Positions 11,773 to 25,959 of a stretch of 64,000 bases of DNA are shown here, one piece after another. The translations under genes and the position numbers were made by a program. The stretch is taken from NCBI RefSeq assembly GCF_018977255.1, contig NW_024704742.1:94242001-94306000 (forward strand), read 5' to 3'. Each line of letters begins with the position of its first letter. Within the stretch, counting starts at the first letter, position 1. A model generated the notes under the pieces. The model was not told the DNA's origin and ran no database searches. It worked only from the letters and a program-made list of their open reading frames with translations. Source of the DNA: Callorhinchus milii (lineage: Eukaryota).

Positions 11773-14700
11773 AATAATAAGGCAAGGCACACTAGACTTG
11801 AAATCCCACCTAAACATGGCTGGTTAAAGCCTTTTTGTCCTAAAAATTTAATCTTGAGAATAAAAAAAATGGAGAACTACAGTTTTCTGCAGTTCTTAAA
11901 ATCCAGACTGGAATGACATATTTTCCACAATTCTGCACAACCTTAAATTTTCGGACAAAATGGTCTTACTGGTTAGATTAGGTAAAATTTCAGGCCAACT
12001 GTTGAGGTTACATAAAGAAATCTTTGCTCTACCTTGGGCAATACCATACCAATACCAATACCAATTTCTCCCAGAGAATGATGAGGTCCCCATTTGAACC
12101 AAGATATGAAGGAAGATGAAGCACAGTTCAGAAGCAGAAGTATTCTATAATAATCTATCCTCCATTAATGTTACAACAAAACAATTCCTCTACTTACCCT
12201 TGTTATATCTAAACTCTGATGCCAAAGTTTCAGATTTATTTTGAAAGAGAGATAATGTTAAACCCTTTGTTGTAAAATAAAATGAGCAAGATCCATCATA
12301 TATCTGTCGGCTTCTTTAAAAGCAATTCTTTTCAGTGCCATTTACCTGCCCTTTCCCCATATCCCTGGAGCTGACTTCTTTTTAGATATTTATCTAGTTC
12401 CTTTTTGAAAGCTAATATGGTGTTTGATTCAACAACAACTCATGAGAGGGCATTCCACATCCCTAACCACACATCCCTGGTATCATCCTGGTACAATGAT
12501 TAAAATACTTAACAATTGTAAGAGGAGAAAGGATATTAGGTTAGCACACTTTCTTCTCACCTCTAGGATAGGAACTGGAATTGCATCTAGACTGATAAGC
12601 TGAACATCTTTCTTTCACTACCTCTCCTGTCTCTTGACGCTATGAAAATGCAAGTTTTTTTCTTCCTTACATACCTTCAATCATCTCACAGAGCCCACAA
12701 CAATGGCAGGTGTGAAAATATTTAATGTAGAGAATGCTCTCTCCGTTGGGGCTACAATGCATAATTTATTTTTCTGCTGGCATCTGAAACTGAGCAAAAC
12801 CAGAGATCCAACCTTGAATCTGCATGATTTGAAACAAGAGCACTGTAACACTTACCTGCTAAGCCTCATTGAGATACAGCAGTAGATGGGGGAGTGGGGG
12901 GGGGGGGGGGGGTGGAATACATTAGTCCTGCTGTGATGTACCTGACAGAGATTTCTGATGAGTGCAAATAACCAATTTAGATGTAGTGTAGCTTTGGAGC
13001 CAATCAAATGCAATCCAAGGTCTCTAGAACAGAGGTAGGGTGTCATCTTATTTTATTTAACGTCATCAACAGCCTGGGTAGTGTATTATTCTTCAGTAAA
13101 GAAATGCACATCATCCATCATCTGATTTGTCTGCCCTTCCTCACACACATACACCAGCACTACCTGCTTTCAATACGGCTACCCTCACCAACTGGCAATA
13201 GTTGATTAGAGATAAATGAAGAAGAGAGGGAAAATAATAAAAATAATAATAATAACCTTGCATTTGATATAGCACCTTATCACGTGGTTGACACGTCTTA
13301 AAGCGCTTCATAGAATATACCGTAAACAGAATTGACTCTATATTTTGTGGGAGAGACGCGGCAGCCAATTGCGCACAGAAAAAAAAGCCGATGTTTCCAA
13401 AGGCAAAGGTAAACACCGACAACCCTCAAAAAAGAAACAAGGCCATTGCAACACCTACTTTAAATACTACATTTATGAACGACGACTCATTTGAAGGCTT
13501 GCTATCAGGACCCCCTCTTAAAAAAAATCAAACTGTTTTACGAATAACTGTCATTAAATTTAAACATCCTCTCATTTATTTTGTTAAATAATACTGATTA
13601 CATAAGCAAGTAGTTGGAGAGGCAAGTTTACCGAGCCTGATGTGCGAGAACTGAATAAACACACAGATGCTGCTCTCGTTGAAGCAGCCTTCAGTTTACA
13701 ACAGTTTCCACTCTCTCACACCCTGAGCCTCAGCCACCTGCTCAAGCTGGTAACCCCTAACAGCAAACACAGGGTTTGAACAAAAAAAATCTCAAATTCA
13801 ACAGGAATGGACAAAAGAATGTTAATCGTAGTCATGCTTTACGATTATTTTTTAAAATGAGGGTGATGACGGGTGAAACCTCCCCCCGGAAAAGATCATA
13901 AAATACTGCTATTGCTTGGTGCTTTTTATGTGGAATGTCACACGTCATTTTTCTCTTAGCGCTCATGTAACATGCAGCAGGCAACACTCACTGGCTATTA
14001 ACAAGAAAAGAGCTGCATCACACCCAGCGCAGCCAAGCAAATCTCTTCGTGATTACTTGAAAAGGTCCGAATAATCAGTTCATCAACAGATTCTGCAATC
14101 TTTCCAATCAGGTAACCACAATATCTTTACCCTACTTTGCTCCGCACCTTAGCAATCAACCTGCCCCATGAGGGCAGGAAAATAGGGCAGTGTGAATATT
14201 TTTAAATTAACCTGATTCTGTCCTGATTCAGTACGTTATGTGACTGAGCACCAAGTCAGTCAGCCTCAAAATTTCTGTCAGATTCACTTCCAATATTCAA
14301 GTGCAATTTTATTATCTATCACAGGTCAGACATACAGCTGGGCTTGGGCATACATATTATCAGCTACCTGTAGTAATAATACTTGCATTTGATATAGTGC
14401 TTTATCACGTTGTTGAGACGTCCCAAAGTGCTTCACAGAATATATATTGTTAAGTGGGTTGACTGTTGAGATTTCTTTCCTTTCCTTGTGATTAGATGGA
14501 TGGACAATTATTATTGAATAAACAGTGCTGTATGAATATCGCCAGTGTCACATTCACCCAAATTTTCCAGAATGTAACAATCATAGTCTGAGTTGCACCA
14601 ATACTTAAGATATTTACAATATTTTTACAATATTGACACAATATCCAGTTCAGACCCTGAATGAAAGGATTTACAAACGTTTTCTGCCCACGCTTATGTA

Positions 14701-15644
14701 TCAATAAGCCTTTGATTGCTGAAAAAGCACAAAGGCTTCTTGTCGCATTGCCCTACATTACTGCGCACTGATAAAACAATTGTGCATTATTGGTAAAAAA
14801 AACATATTCAGCATCCCTGCATAAAAAGATGGAGTAAATAATAAGCAAATCTAAATTTGAATAAAATGTATTAAGCGGGTATTTCAGTTAGAAGTAAACG
14901 CTCTCAACTAATGTTATTTGCAAAATAATTACTATTCCTCCAGCTCAGGTGCAAGATCTTTCTCTTTGACGATGCTTTTGGTCATCTTCCCACCTCCACC
15001 CCCTTGCCCCCCACGCCTCGCAATTCCAACATCTAACTCGGGTGCAAACCCTTCACTGTCCAGCGCTTGGGATGCCCTCCCAATGTGTAGGTGCTATAAA
15101 AATGCTAATTGTTGTTGTTGTTGCAAACTTTGGCCTGTCCAGAGCCTTGGGACATTCTCTCGAAGTGAACAACACTATCTATATGTACATTTGTTGTTAT
15201 TGTTGCTTCCAAAAAACTACTATACAAATGAAACTTGTAAAGGTGTTTTAGGCCAACCAAATAAAATTATCACGTGAACACTAATGTGGGCAGTCTGCAT
15301 TAGGTTACATATTACGAATATAACCAAAATCATTGTACACTCTGCACAAAATACCTGACATCCAAACCTAACAAACATGTTTGAGTAACTTAAGGAATTA
15401 ACAAGGTTATTGCTCCATTGAATCATAATGACATAAGAGCATTGGCAATGTGCTGAGCAGGAAGGAAATGCCCTAATTAATTTTTCAAATCATCATTCAC
15501 AAGTCCTCTTTCACACAAACCAGCTCTATTTTTTTTAGAAGAGTCCAAGTCTTGCATCGACACCCAATCAACCGATGCATCTTATCTGTTCCACACGTCA
15601 CAAATTAATACTCGTGAAACCACCAAGCATTCAAAGTAACTAAC

Positions 15645-16441
15645 CTGTAACTTTGGTCCTGGGTCCATCTCACTGAAGCACCGTCTGCCTTGGTTTCATA
15701 CCAGATTTTCAATGCGTGAGGGAAATCTTCAGGAGTTTGTATTCCCGGTTTCCTGATTTTCAGGCACCACATGTCTGTGTGGAACTGGAGTTCTCCGCAG
15801 CCGGGTGCATGGCTGCCCTGGAGATAGTAGTGATGCTGCTCTCGCCAGCGTTCTGCTGCTAAACTTATAATTTTGTGCACAATGTCATTTCTGGGATCAC
15901 CTTGACGTCTCGGACAATAGCTGCCGTCTCTTGCCTCGGCAATCAGTTTCTCGGTACCTGCCACAGCTGTGACATCCACTTCTTCCACCTTTCTCACCAC
16001 GAGATCGCAACAATCCAGCACCAACACAAAATCCTCCCCATCGCTGCAGCGCTCCCTCGTTCCAGAAATCCCACTAGCCCACTCATCGTTGCCATGGTGA
16101 CAGCTATTAATATCAGTAACTCTTCCAGCGCTATGGGTAGGCAAATTGCTCGTCTTATCTGCAGATGCACAAGCAGCAGCAGCAGCACTTGAGGCAGCAT
16201 CGCACAGAGATCCAGGTGGCTCAGCTTCAACTATTCTCCGCGACTCACAGCACCGACCTACTTCTGATGCGTCAGGTACCTTCTCACGCAGTCTCCTGGC
16301 CTCCAAGAAAAGGACTGCGGTCCCACTGAAGACCTTCTTGTCGAAGTTCAGTGCAACGTCTAACACATAGTGCCTGACTAACATGTAATTGGTGTTGGCC
16401 ATGAGAGGAAGGTCGTCTTTATTGGGGTCTAGAGTTGACAT
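15645..16441 (-). CDS. AOPEP: Aminopeptidase O, first coding exon (797 coding nt). The exon probably extends into 5'UTR up to an acceptor at 16606.
   Basis: ORF 15605-16441 MSTLDPNKDDLPLMANTNYMLVRHYVLD...FVLVLDCCDL...FPHALKIWYETKADGASVRWTQDQSY matches the AOPEP N-terminus. Donor cag|gttagt at 15644 and upstream acceptor ttttttctacacag| ending at 16607. Confidence 0.95.
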
Positions 16442-18097
16442 TGTGTCTTAAGAGTATGTAAGCAATTGGCTCCAAGCGCGTTTATAGGTAAACAGTGTCA
16501 CTGTCGTATTCCCCAACTTTTATCACGTTTAAAAAGGATTTTGAAACCCAATGCTGGATCTTCTATTTGTGTGCAGGCAGCAGCTATTATTTTTATTTCT
16601 TAACACCTGTGTAGAAAAAAACATCAGATTAAAACTGTGTTGTGTGGCCGTTTAAATCACAAATCACACTTCACACAGTTTATTGTATTTGGGTTTCCTT
16701 ATGTTAACTTGTCTACAGTCCCTAATATCTGCGCTCATCGATCAAATCTATAATAGTGGATTGAGTGGAGCCAGTTTCTGCTACTAGTTTTCTGCAGGGC
16801 CTCTCCACGAGTGAGAGCAGGAAGGAGGGTGGTTGAGGGTAAGGGAAGCACATCTTGAACACATTAAAATATGGAGACTGCTGTGAGGGTTAATTTGACA
16901 GCAAAATCCCCAAAGAATTTACACATTGCTGCCTCAAGAGTTGGTACTGACGTGAAACACACCTTCACCCTGAAACTTATTCCAGTGCAGAATTAGGCAC
17001 ATTGATTTTTTTTTATTGGAGGTCAGATTTAGGCTGATGTTGGTTGGGCTCCAGAACGCTGTACTTGTAAATTGGAAGTCATGGGATTCCAGGGCGCAGA
17101 GAAAGGGTTACTGTCAATCGCAAATTTATCTGAGTTCCAGAGCATTTCGTATTTATGCCAATAAAACCAGAAGTAATCCCAGATTGGATACAGAAAAGCA
17201 TTCCTAAAAACACCTGGTATAAAATATTTTCCATGCTCCAGGAAACAGTCGTCTATTGTATTGTACAATTTTCTTTAATAGTCCTGTGGCTATATCTATA
17301 ACATTAATAATCCTTCATGGGATCTTTAACGCTCACCTTAAGAACAGCCAATTAGGATCGATCCTATTTTATTACATTTACATGGAGCGTAGTACCTCAG
17401 AGAGCTTGACAGTGAAGGATCCTGACCTCGAACCAGGGGGTGGGGATAGGTGACCATAAGCACGACCAAAGAGGAAGGTCTTCAGCCACGACCTGAAGAT
17501 GGGGAAGGAGGGGGCAAGGAAAGATAAAAGGACTTGATGCAAATCCCCATAAAGGCATATAAGTTTTCGAATGAAAAACAAACTTCTGATCGCTAACCTG
17601 CCATTCTCATTTAATAATTAAATGGAGCTACTTCCCAATCATCAAAACTGAAATACTGCCTGCGCTATCTTATAGATGACAGAACAATTTCCTACTTGGT
17701 AAAGTGCTAAACTGGGATTACTGTGGCTATGATCTGATGGCATATCTTCACATCTAACTGACGCTGAATCATGCTGGTGCTAATGAGGATGTGTTTGCAT
17801 GAGTGGGCGCTGAAAGTATTGGTCAACAAATAACTGTTAACAGTCTTAATGGTTAACAGGCAGAAAATATTTTAATCTCTTTTTTCAGTGTCGGAGTTTA
17901 TGCTCCTTTTAATGCATTTCATTGAATATGTGAAGTGCTTTGAGATATCCTCCTGATGTGAAAGGTGACAAATGGAAGTATTATTATTATTGCATGGAAC
18001 TGTAGCATAAATATACAGTGCACACATACAGTGCAGGTACAACCTCCTACTCTGTTGCATTCACCACTTTACAATACTGTATGTTCTGTGAAACATT

Positions 18098-19850
18098 TGG
18101 GCTGGTGTGTGTGTGTATGGGGGGGGGCTGGTGTGTGTGTATGGGGGGGGGGTGTGTGTGTATGGGGGGGGCTGGTGTGTGTGTATGGGGGGGGCTGGTG
18201 TGTGTGTGTATGGGGGGGGCTGTGTGTGTATGGGGGGGCTGTGTGTGTATGGAGGGGGGCTGTGTGTGTATGGAGGGGGGCTGTGTGTGTATGGGGGGGC
18301 TGGTGTGTGTGTATGGGGGGGCTGGTGTGTGTGTATGGGGGGGGCTGGTGTGTGTGTATGGGGGGGCTGGTGTGTGTGTATGGGGGGGGCTGGTGTGTGT
18401 GTATGGGGGGGGCTGGTGTGTGTGTATGGGGGGGCTGGTGTGTGTGTATGGGGGGGCTGGTGTGTGTGTATGGGGGGGCTGGTGTGTGTGTGTATGGGGG
18501 GGGCTGGTGTGTGTGTGTATGGGGGGGCTGGTGTGTGTGTGTATGGGGGGGGCTGGTGTGTGTGTATGGGGGGGCTGGTGTGTGTGTATGGGGGGGGCTG
18601 GTGTGTGTGTATGGGGGGGGCTGGTGTGTGTGTGTATGGGGGGGGCTGGTGTGTGTGTATGGGGGGGTCTGGTGTGTGTGTATGGGGGGGTCTGGTGTGT
18701 GTGTATGGGGGGGTCTGGTGTGTGTGTATGGGGGGGGCTGGTGTGTGTGTATGGGGGGGGCTGTGTGTGTGTGTGGGGGGGGCTGGTGTGTGTGTGGGGG
18801 GGGGGGGGCTGGTGTGTGTGTGTATGGGGGGGCTGGTGTGTGTGTGGGGGGGCGCTGGTGTGTGTGTGCGTAAAGGGGGGGCTGGTGTGTGTGTGGGGGG
18901 GGGGCGGTGGCTGGTGTGTGTGTGTGGGGGGGCTGGTGTGTGTGTGTGGGGGGGGCTGGTGTGTGTGTGGGGGGGGGGGGCTGGTGTGTGTGTGTGGGGG
19001 GGCTGGTGTGTGTTGGGGGGGCTGGTGTGTGTGTTGGGGGGGGCTGGTGTGTGTGTTGGGGGGGGGCTGGTGTGTGTGTATGGGGGGGGCTGGTGTGTGT
19101 GTATGGGGGGGGCTGGTGTGTGTGTGATGGGGGGGCTGGTGTGTGTGTATGGGGGGGCTGGTGTGTGTGTGTATGGGGGGGGCTGGTGTGTGTGGGGGGG
19201 GGCTGTGTGTGTGTGGGGGGGGCTGGTGTGTGTGTGGGGGGGGGGCTGGTGTGTGTGTATGGGGGGCTGGTGTGTGTGTATGGGGGGGGGCTGTGTGTGT
19301 GTATGGGGGGGCTGGTGTGTGTGTATGGGGGGGCTGGTGTGTGTTGGGGGGGGGGCTGGTGTGTGTGTGTATGGGGGGGCTGGTGTGTGTGTGTAAAGGG
19401 GGGGCTGGTGTGTGTGTGTGGGGGGCTGGTGTGTGTGTGGGGGGGGGGCTGGTGTGTGTGTGGGGGGGGGCTGGTGTGTGTGTATGGGGGGGGCTGGTGT
19501 GTGTGTATGGGGGGGGCTGGTGTGTGTGTGTATGGGGGGGCTGGTGTGTGTGTATGGGGGGGTCTGGTGTGTGTGTATGGGGGGTCTGGTGTGTGTGTAT
19601 GGGGGGGCTGGTGTGTGTGTATGGGGGGGGGCTGGTGTGTGTGTATGGGGGGGGGCTGGTGTGTGTGTATGGGGGGGGCTGGTGTGTGTGTATGGGGGGG
19701 GCTGGTGTGTGTGTGGGGGGGGGGGGCTGGTGTGTGTATGGGGGGGGCTGGTGTGTGTGTATGGGGGTGTGGTGTGTGTGTTATGGGGGGGGCTGGTGTG
19801 TGTGTATGGGGGGGGGGCTGGTGTGTGTGTATGGGGGGGCTGGTGTGTGT
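18098..19850 (+). repeat. G-rich minisatellite, unit about GCTGGTGTGTGTGTATGGGGGGG (roughly 21-26 nt)
   Basis: Directly visible tandem array with variable (GT)n and (G)n lengths. Confidence 0.97.
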
Positions 19851-19889
19851 GGAGGTTGTGGGCGGGGCTGGAGGTTGGGGCGGGCTGGA

Positions 19890-19914
19890 NNNNNNNNNNN
19901 NNNNNNNNNNNNNN
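19890..19914. other. Assembly gap (25 N)
   Basis: Run of n characters. Confidence 1.
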
Positions 19915-21058
19915 CAGCCCCGCCCCAACCTCCAGCCCCGCCCCCAATCTCCAGCCCCGCCCCCAACCTCCAGCCCCGCCCCCAACCTCCAGCCCCGCCC
20001 CCAACCTCCAGCCCCAGCCCCAACCTCCAGCCCAACCTCTCGCCCCAACCTCCAGCCCCAGCCCCAACCTCCAGCCCAACCTCTAGCCCCAACCTCCAGC
20101 GCCAGCCCCAACCTCCAGCCCCCCCCCACCTCCAGCCCCGCCCCCCAACTCCAGCCCCGCCCCCACCTCCAGCCCGCCCCCAACTCCAGCCCCGCCCCAA
20201 CCTCCAGCCCCGCCCCCCAACCTCCAGCCCCGCCCCAACCTCCAGCCCGCCCCCAACTCCAGCCCGCCCCCAACCTCCAGCCCGCCCCCACCTCCAGCCC
20301 CGCCCACCTCCAGCCCCGCCCCCAACCTCCAGCCCCGCCCCCACCCTCCAGCCCCGCCCCCACCCTCCAGCCCCGCCCCAACCTCCAGCCCCGCCCCCAA
20401 CCTCCAGCCCCGCCCCAACCTCCAGCCCCGCCCCAACCTCCACCCCGCCCCCAACCTCAGCCCCGCCCCCACCTCCAGCCCCGCCCCTCACCTCCAGCCC
20501 CGCCCCTACCCACCCCCAGCCCCACCCCCAACCTCCAGCCCCCGCCCCAACCTCCAGCCCCGCCCCAACCTCACCCCCGCCCCACCCTCCAGCCCGCCCC
20601 CCCAACTCCAGCCCGCCCAACCTCCAGCCCGCCCCCACCTCCAGCCCCGCCCCAACCTCCAGCCGCCTACACCCAGCCCCGCCCCCAACCTCCACCCCGC
20701 CCCCACCTCCAGCCCCGCCCCCACCTCCAGCCCCGCCCCCACCTCCAGCCCCGCCCCCACCTCCAGCCCCGCCCCCACCTCCAGCCGCCCAACCTCCAGC
20801 CCCGCCCCCAACCTCCAGCCCGCCCCACCCCCCCCACCCTCCAGCCTCGCCCCCACCCTCCGCCCGCCCTACCCCCCAGCCCCGCCCCCAACCTCAGCCC
20901 CGCCCCCAACCTCCAGCCCCGCCCACAACCCCCAGCCCCGCCCCCACCCTCCAGCCCCGCCCAACCCTCCAGCCCCGCCCCTACCCCCAGCCCCGCCACC
21001 TCCAGCCCGCCCCCAACCTCCACCCCCCCCTACCCCCACCCCCCGCCCCCAACCTACC
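19915..21058 (+). repeat. C-rich minisatellite, unit about CCCCAACCTCCAGCCCCGC (about 19 nt)
   Basis: Directly visible tandem array. Its reverse complement appears just before the gap (19851-19889). Confidence 0.97.
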
Positions 21059-21060
21059 AC

Positions 21061-22478
21061 GGAGAGGAGGAGGAGGGTGTGTGAGGGCGGGGAGGAGGGG
21101 CGGGGGAGGAGGAGTGTGTGAGGGCGGGGGAGGAGGGGTGAGGAGAGGAGGGGGGTGTGTGGGCGGGGAGGAGGAGGGTGAGGCGGGGGAGGAGGGGGAG
21201 GGCGGGGGAGGGGGTGTGTGAGGGCGGGGAGGAGGGGGAGGGGGGGAGGAGGGTTGTGAGGGCGGGGTAGAAGGGGGCGGAGGAGAGTGTGTGAGGCGGG
21301 GAGGAGGGAGGAGGAGGGTGTGTGAGGGCGGGGGAGGAGGGGGCGGAGGAGGAGTGTGTGAGGGCGGCGGAGGAGGGGGTGAGAGAGGAGGGGCGAGGGC
21401 GGGGGAGGAGTGTGTGAGGGCGGGGGGGGGAGAGGTGAGCGGGGAGGAGGGGGAGGGCGGGAGGAGGGTGTGTGAGGGCGGGGGAGGAGGGGCGGGGAGG
21501 AGGAGTGTGTGAGGGCGGGAGGAGGGGGTGAGAGAGGAGGGGGCAGAGGGCGGGGGAGGAGTGTGTAGGGCGGGGGGAGGGTGCGAGGCGGGGGAGGAGG
21601 GTGAGGGCGGGGGAGGAGTGTGTGAGGGCGGGGGAGGAGGGTGCGAGGCGGGGAGGAGGGGGAGGGCGGGGAGGAGTGTGTGAGGCGGGGGAGGAGGGTG
21701 TGAGGCGGGAGGAGGGTGTGAGGGCGGGGAGGAGGGGAGGGCGGGGAGGAGGGAGAGGAGGGGGAGCGCGGGGAGGAGGGGAGGGCGGGGGAGGAGTGTG
21801 TGAGGCGGGGGAGGAGGGGCGGGGAGGAGGAGTGTGTGAGGGCGGGGGAGGAGGGTGTGAGGGCGGGGGAGGAGGGTGAGGGCGGGGGAGGAGGGGAGGG
21901 CGGGGGAGGAGGGGAGGAGGGTGAGCGCGGGGAGGAGGGGAGGGCGGGGGAGGAGTGTGTGAGGGCGGGGGAGGAGGGGCGGGGGAGGAGGAGTGTGTGA
22001 GGGCGGGAGGGGGTGGAGAGGAGGGGCGGGGCGGGGAGGAGTGTGTGAGGGCGGGGGAGGAGGGTGAGGGCGGGGAGGAGGAGAGGAGGGTGAGCGCGGG
22101 GGAGGAGGGGAGGGGGAGGAGGTGTGAGGGCGGGGGAGGAGGGGGGGGGGGAGGAGTGTGTGAGGGCGGCGGGGGAGGGGTGAGAGAGGAGGGGGGAGGG
22201 GGGGAGGAGGGGCGAGGCGGGGGAGGAGGGGAGGCGGGGGTGGAGGGGCGAGGGCGGGGAGGAGGGTGGTGAGGGCGGGGGGAGGGGGGAGGAGGGTGAG
22301 GGCGGGGGAGGAGGGGGTGGGGGAGGAGGGGAGGAGGGTGTGTGAGGGCGGGAGGAGGGTGAGGGCGGGGGAGGGGGGGCGAGGGAGGGGAGGGGGAGGG
22401 GGGGGGGAGGAGGGGGAGGAGGGGGTGAGGGAGGGGGAGGAGGGTGAGCGCGGGGGAGGAGGGAGGAGGGGGAGGACA
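21061..22478 (+). repeat. G/A-rich degenerate minisatellite, unit about GAGGAGGGTGTGTGAGGGCGGGG
   Basis: Directly visible degenerate tandem array. Confidence 0.95.
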
Positions 22479-25400
22479 GGAGAATTGCACTGTATATAAA
22501 CGTCAAAGCTACAGTTTGTAGCTATTTGATTTGATTTATTATACAGTGCCAAAATGGATTTCTGTTTTGAAAGGGAATTGCACTATTAAACACACAAACC
22601 AGTTCAGAGAGGTTGTCCTATAAGAATTTAAGGCAATTATTAAATAATAGAAATTGTAATTATAATCCTTACTCCTGGTGCAAAATGATTTGTATTACAG
22701 TTGGGTTTTTTGTTAGTTTTTTTTCTTTAGTTTTGTAAATATTCAACCTTTTGGATGAATTCTGTAATTATGTTCATAAGAATTGGAAATTTCAGCACAT
22801 AATGAGTTAACTCAGTACAGACTGTAGTTTGAATCTGGGACTGTCCTGATCTGTATGGTTCAATTCTATCAATCAGGCGGTGCGTTTACACAGTGGGGCA
22901 GTGGATTGCCAGGATTCGTCCTTGAATTCAAGTGTAAGGAGTATAGGCTGCAATATTGTGTGTCAGCTCGGCTCAGCGGCGACACTGCCGCCTCTGAGTC
23001 AGAATTGTGCTGCTGTGATCGCCTACAAATAGTCACTCCATTTCATAGTAACATCCTGTGAAGTGCTTTGAGACGTCCTCCCGATGTGATAAGACACTAT
23101 ATCAAATGCAAGTAATGTTAACCTCTCATCAGAGGTTAAAATCAACCCTTGGGCCGAAGAGTGCATGTGTGTGTGTGAGAGCGTGTGTGGGTGTTTTGTG
23201 TATATATTTAACTGTGCAAACTGCACACATTCAAAAAGAGGAGGCAATTTGCACGAAAATATCTAAGTTGTTTTCTGTACACCATATAAAATCTATAATT
23301 TATACGCCACTTCAACCAATCTACCACATCCCCTCAAGGAATAGTTCTGCTTTATTAAGTTGGCAAAGGTAATCAATTAGAAATCTATCTTCACAATTCT
23401 ACTGATCAGCCCTTATATGTTCTCTCCATAGACAACACTTCCTCCTACCACCCCTTTGCCTGCAGCATAGAAGTGGTTGTGCCCACATATTGGCTCACCT
23501 TATAATAATATTAATTCTCGCATTTGATATAACACCTTATCAAGTCTTCTAGATGTCTCAAAGCGCTTCACAAAATATACCATACAGTGAATTGACTGTA
23601 TGTTTTGTGTACCTTGAAGTACACCTAGACCTATAACCAAAACTGTTCCCAGTTGTCACCTTGTCGCTGGAGCGTTCCACTGGAAACATCAGTAGTATTT
23701 GTGATTCTTCTTTTCTTCTTGTTCAAGAGAATTAGTTGAAGCTGCTTTACAAAGTCATATTGTCAATTTTATAGATGTAGTGACATTTCACTACACAATG
23801 AAGTGCCCTTGGGGAGACATCTCAGATATATTTATCCTGTGAACTGAAATGCATGAATAATGGCAGTGTAAAGCAGTGATGATTATATAATGATTTGAAT
23901 TATTCTATTGGGCAGATGTCTTATTTGAAGGCGAATCTTAGAGATGTCTGATGTTGTCATGGCAATATCCATGATATAGAATAGCATTCTCAGAATTTAA
24001 TTTGCAACAGGAATCTAGGAGAGTTGAAATAAAATAAAATGGAATTCAAAGCCTCTAGCTAGTCATTTGTATCATTGGATATGCACTGCAATGGAAATGG
24101 TGGGTAAAAGAAGTCTTAGTACCTGCTGTATGTTTCACATTATTTCAGCAAAATGAAATGCATGTTCTTTACAGTCAGATCTAGAGAGCAGAAAAGGCAC
24201 AGAATGTAGTTCAGATGGTGCCAGAGGTTGACACAGAATTGTTTATTCATGTAAAATGGTTTTGCAAATTTAAAGATTCATGTTTGGGAATACAGATGCT
24301 GACTAGCGTTGGCCAATGGAAGGATTTCAGCGGTAGAATGTTGGAATGTACACACCCAGCTCCTAGTGACAGTAAGTTCTGGTGATATATTTTTCTAAGC
24401 CCCAGTTTGAAGCCAGTGAACCTGAGCTCTAAGCTTCAGCTGTTTCAGACATATTACACCATCAGGAAGTAGTGCTGATCCTTCAACAACAACTTGCATT
24501 TTTATATCGACCTTCATGCGGGGTAGTGTCCCGGAATGCTTGATCCTTGCACCATTCCCTCCCAATAAACTGAAACTCCCATTTGGATGAGTTACTTTGC
24601 ACTAGTGTGACTGGGGGAGTGCAGAGAAAATGCCACAAGTACATAGACCCAGAGCAAGAAGAAAGACATGGAGGGGAGGATACCCAAAAGTATACAAACA
24701 ATTATTCAATGAAGACAATAATATATCTTTTATGTTGTAAGTGTTTCCATAGGGAGAAGCCCGCCTCTTGATGAAATTTGAATGAAAATTAGCCGAATAT
24801 CCTGGCACTGCACTTACCTGAATTCCTCTCAGAGTCACATCAGCCTCTGCCTCCATGTGAGATGCCTCCAGCTCCAGAAGGAAAAACTGCCTTGCTAGAT
24901 TGAAGTGCTGTTTGCTTCATCTGGGAGATTATAGGCCAGGGCACCAGAAGAAGCTCCTTTTCCCTAAACGACAGACCAGCATTTTATAGACCCCTCTGTC
25001 TCACATTTGCAGAAAAGTATGACGCTGTTACAGAAATAGTGGAATGAAGTCAGATGAGTTATGCATTTGAATTAAATTTAGAATTTCCTGTTTACTTTCA
25101 TCTATTGATCTGATATCAAATGTCAATGAACTTTAGCATATTTTAAATGCTTTTGTTCACTCATGATAAATTCCGGATTAACCTGCTAGGAAATGAGTCA
25201 ATTCTGCAGATTCTAGAAGCGTAATCATAACACCTGATCCGCACTAATCATTTTGTTTAATTAGTAACATGTCTCCAAACAATACCTGAGCTCAGTATAT
25301 AGCTTTAAAACCTGCTCTTAACTCCCACTTTGTGTCTTTGGAGTAGTATACAAGTTGTGTCAACCAGTTAGGAAATAGTGTATTAGAAAATGATACATTT

Positions 25401-25959
25401 GCTATTCAGTGGAACTGAATATAGTTAACTCAAAAAAGACAAAATAGAGCAGTTTCTTAACTGTAACTTTCTTAGTGTCATTTTAAAGTTTACTTAGTGA
25501 AAGGTGCACGTACGCAATTCAAAGATCAATAAGTGCTCTTGACTGTAAAACTACATTTTCAGGCTATTTATCAGTTGTGAAACAAACTTGCTTAATGCTG
25601 AATAAGCTAAATTACCTGTTGGGTTCCAATGATGGCCTGTGGCTGCAAATGACCTCAAGAAAGCAAGCAGTAAAAGTTCTACCAACGTTAACAGAATAAA
25701 AGGCATCACTGTTCTCTGTTCTATCCAGAAAAAAATTCTCACAGCAACAAAAATGATATTCTCATACATCTCATGACTGATGGAAAAATATCAGGTAAAG
25801 ACCCATTTTGTGCAGTTGGAGTTAATTCCATGGTCTGTGTTATTTGTGTGTGAAACAGACCATTACATTAAAGCATTACATTAAAACATTGTGTACCCAA
25901 TAGACATTGCAGTTTTCTAAATAAGCATATCTTCAACCATATCAGGGTGAGAGGTTTTA

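Noticed and set aside
13580..14330. Repeat-free intronic patch with GGAATG, ACGTCA and TGACT-like motifs as an enhancer
   Set aside because: There are only short motif matches, which cannot be supported without conservation or chromatin data.
15605..15644. ORF-track C-terminus (LVTLNAWWFHEY) making AOPEP a single-exon 278-aa protein
   Set aside because: This is read-through into the intron past the GT donor at 15644. Homology resumes in phase at 8297.
18098..21058. CRISPR-like array
   Set aside because: The units are head-to-tail with no unique spacers, the context is vertebrate, and there are no cas genes.
17965..22552. Many long ORFs (up to 770 aa) rich in G/V/C/W or P/H/T
   Set aside because: They are translations of stop-free minisatellites, open in several frames on both strands and across an N gap.
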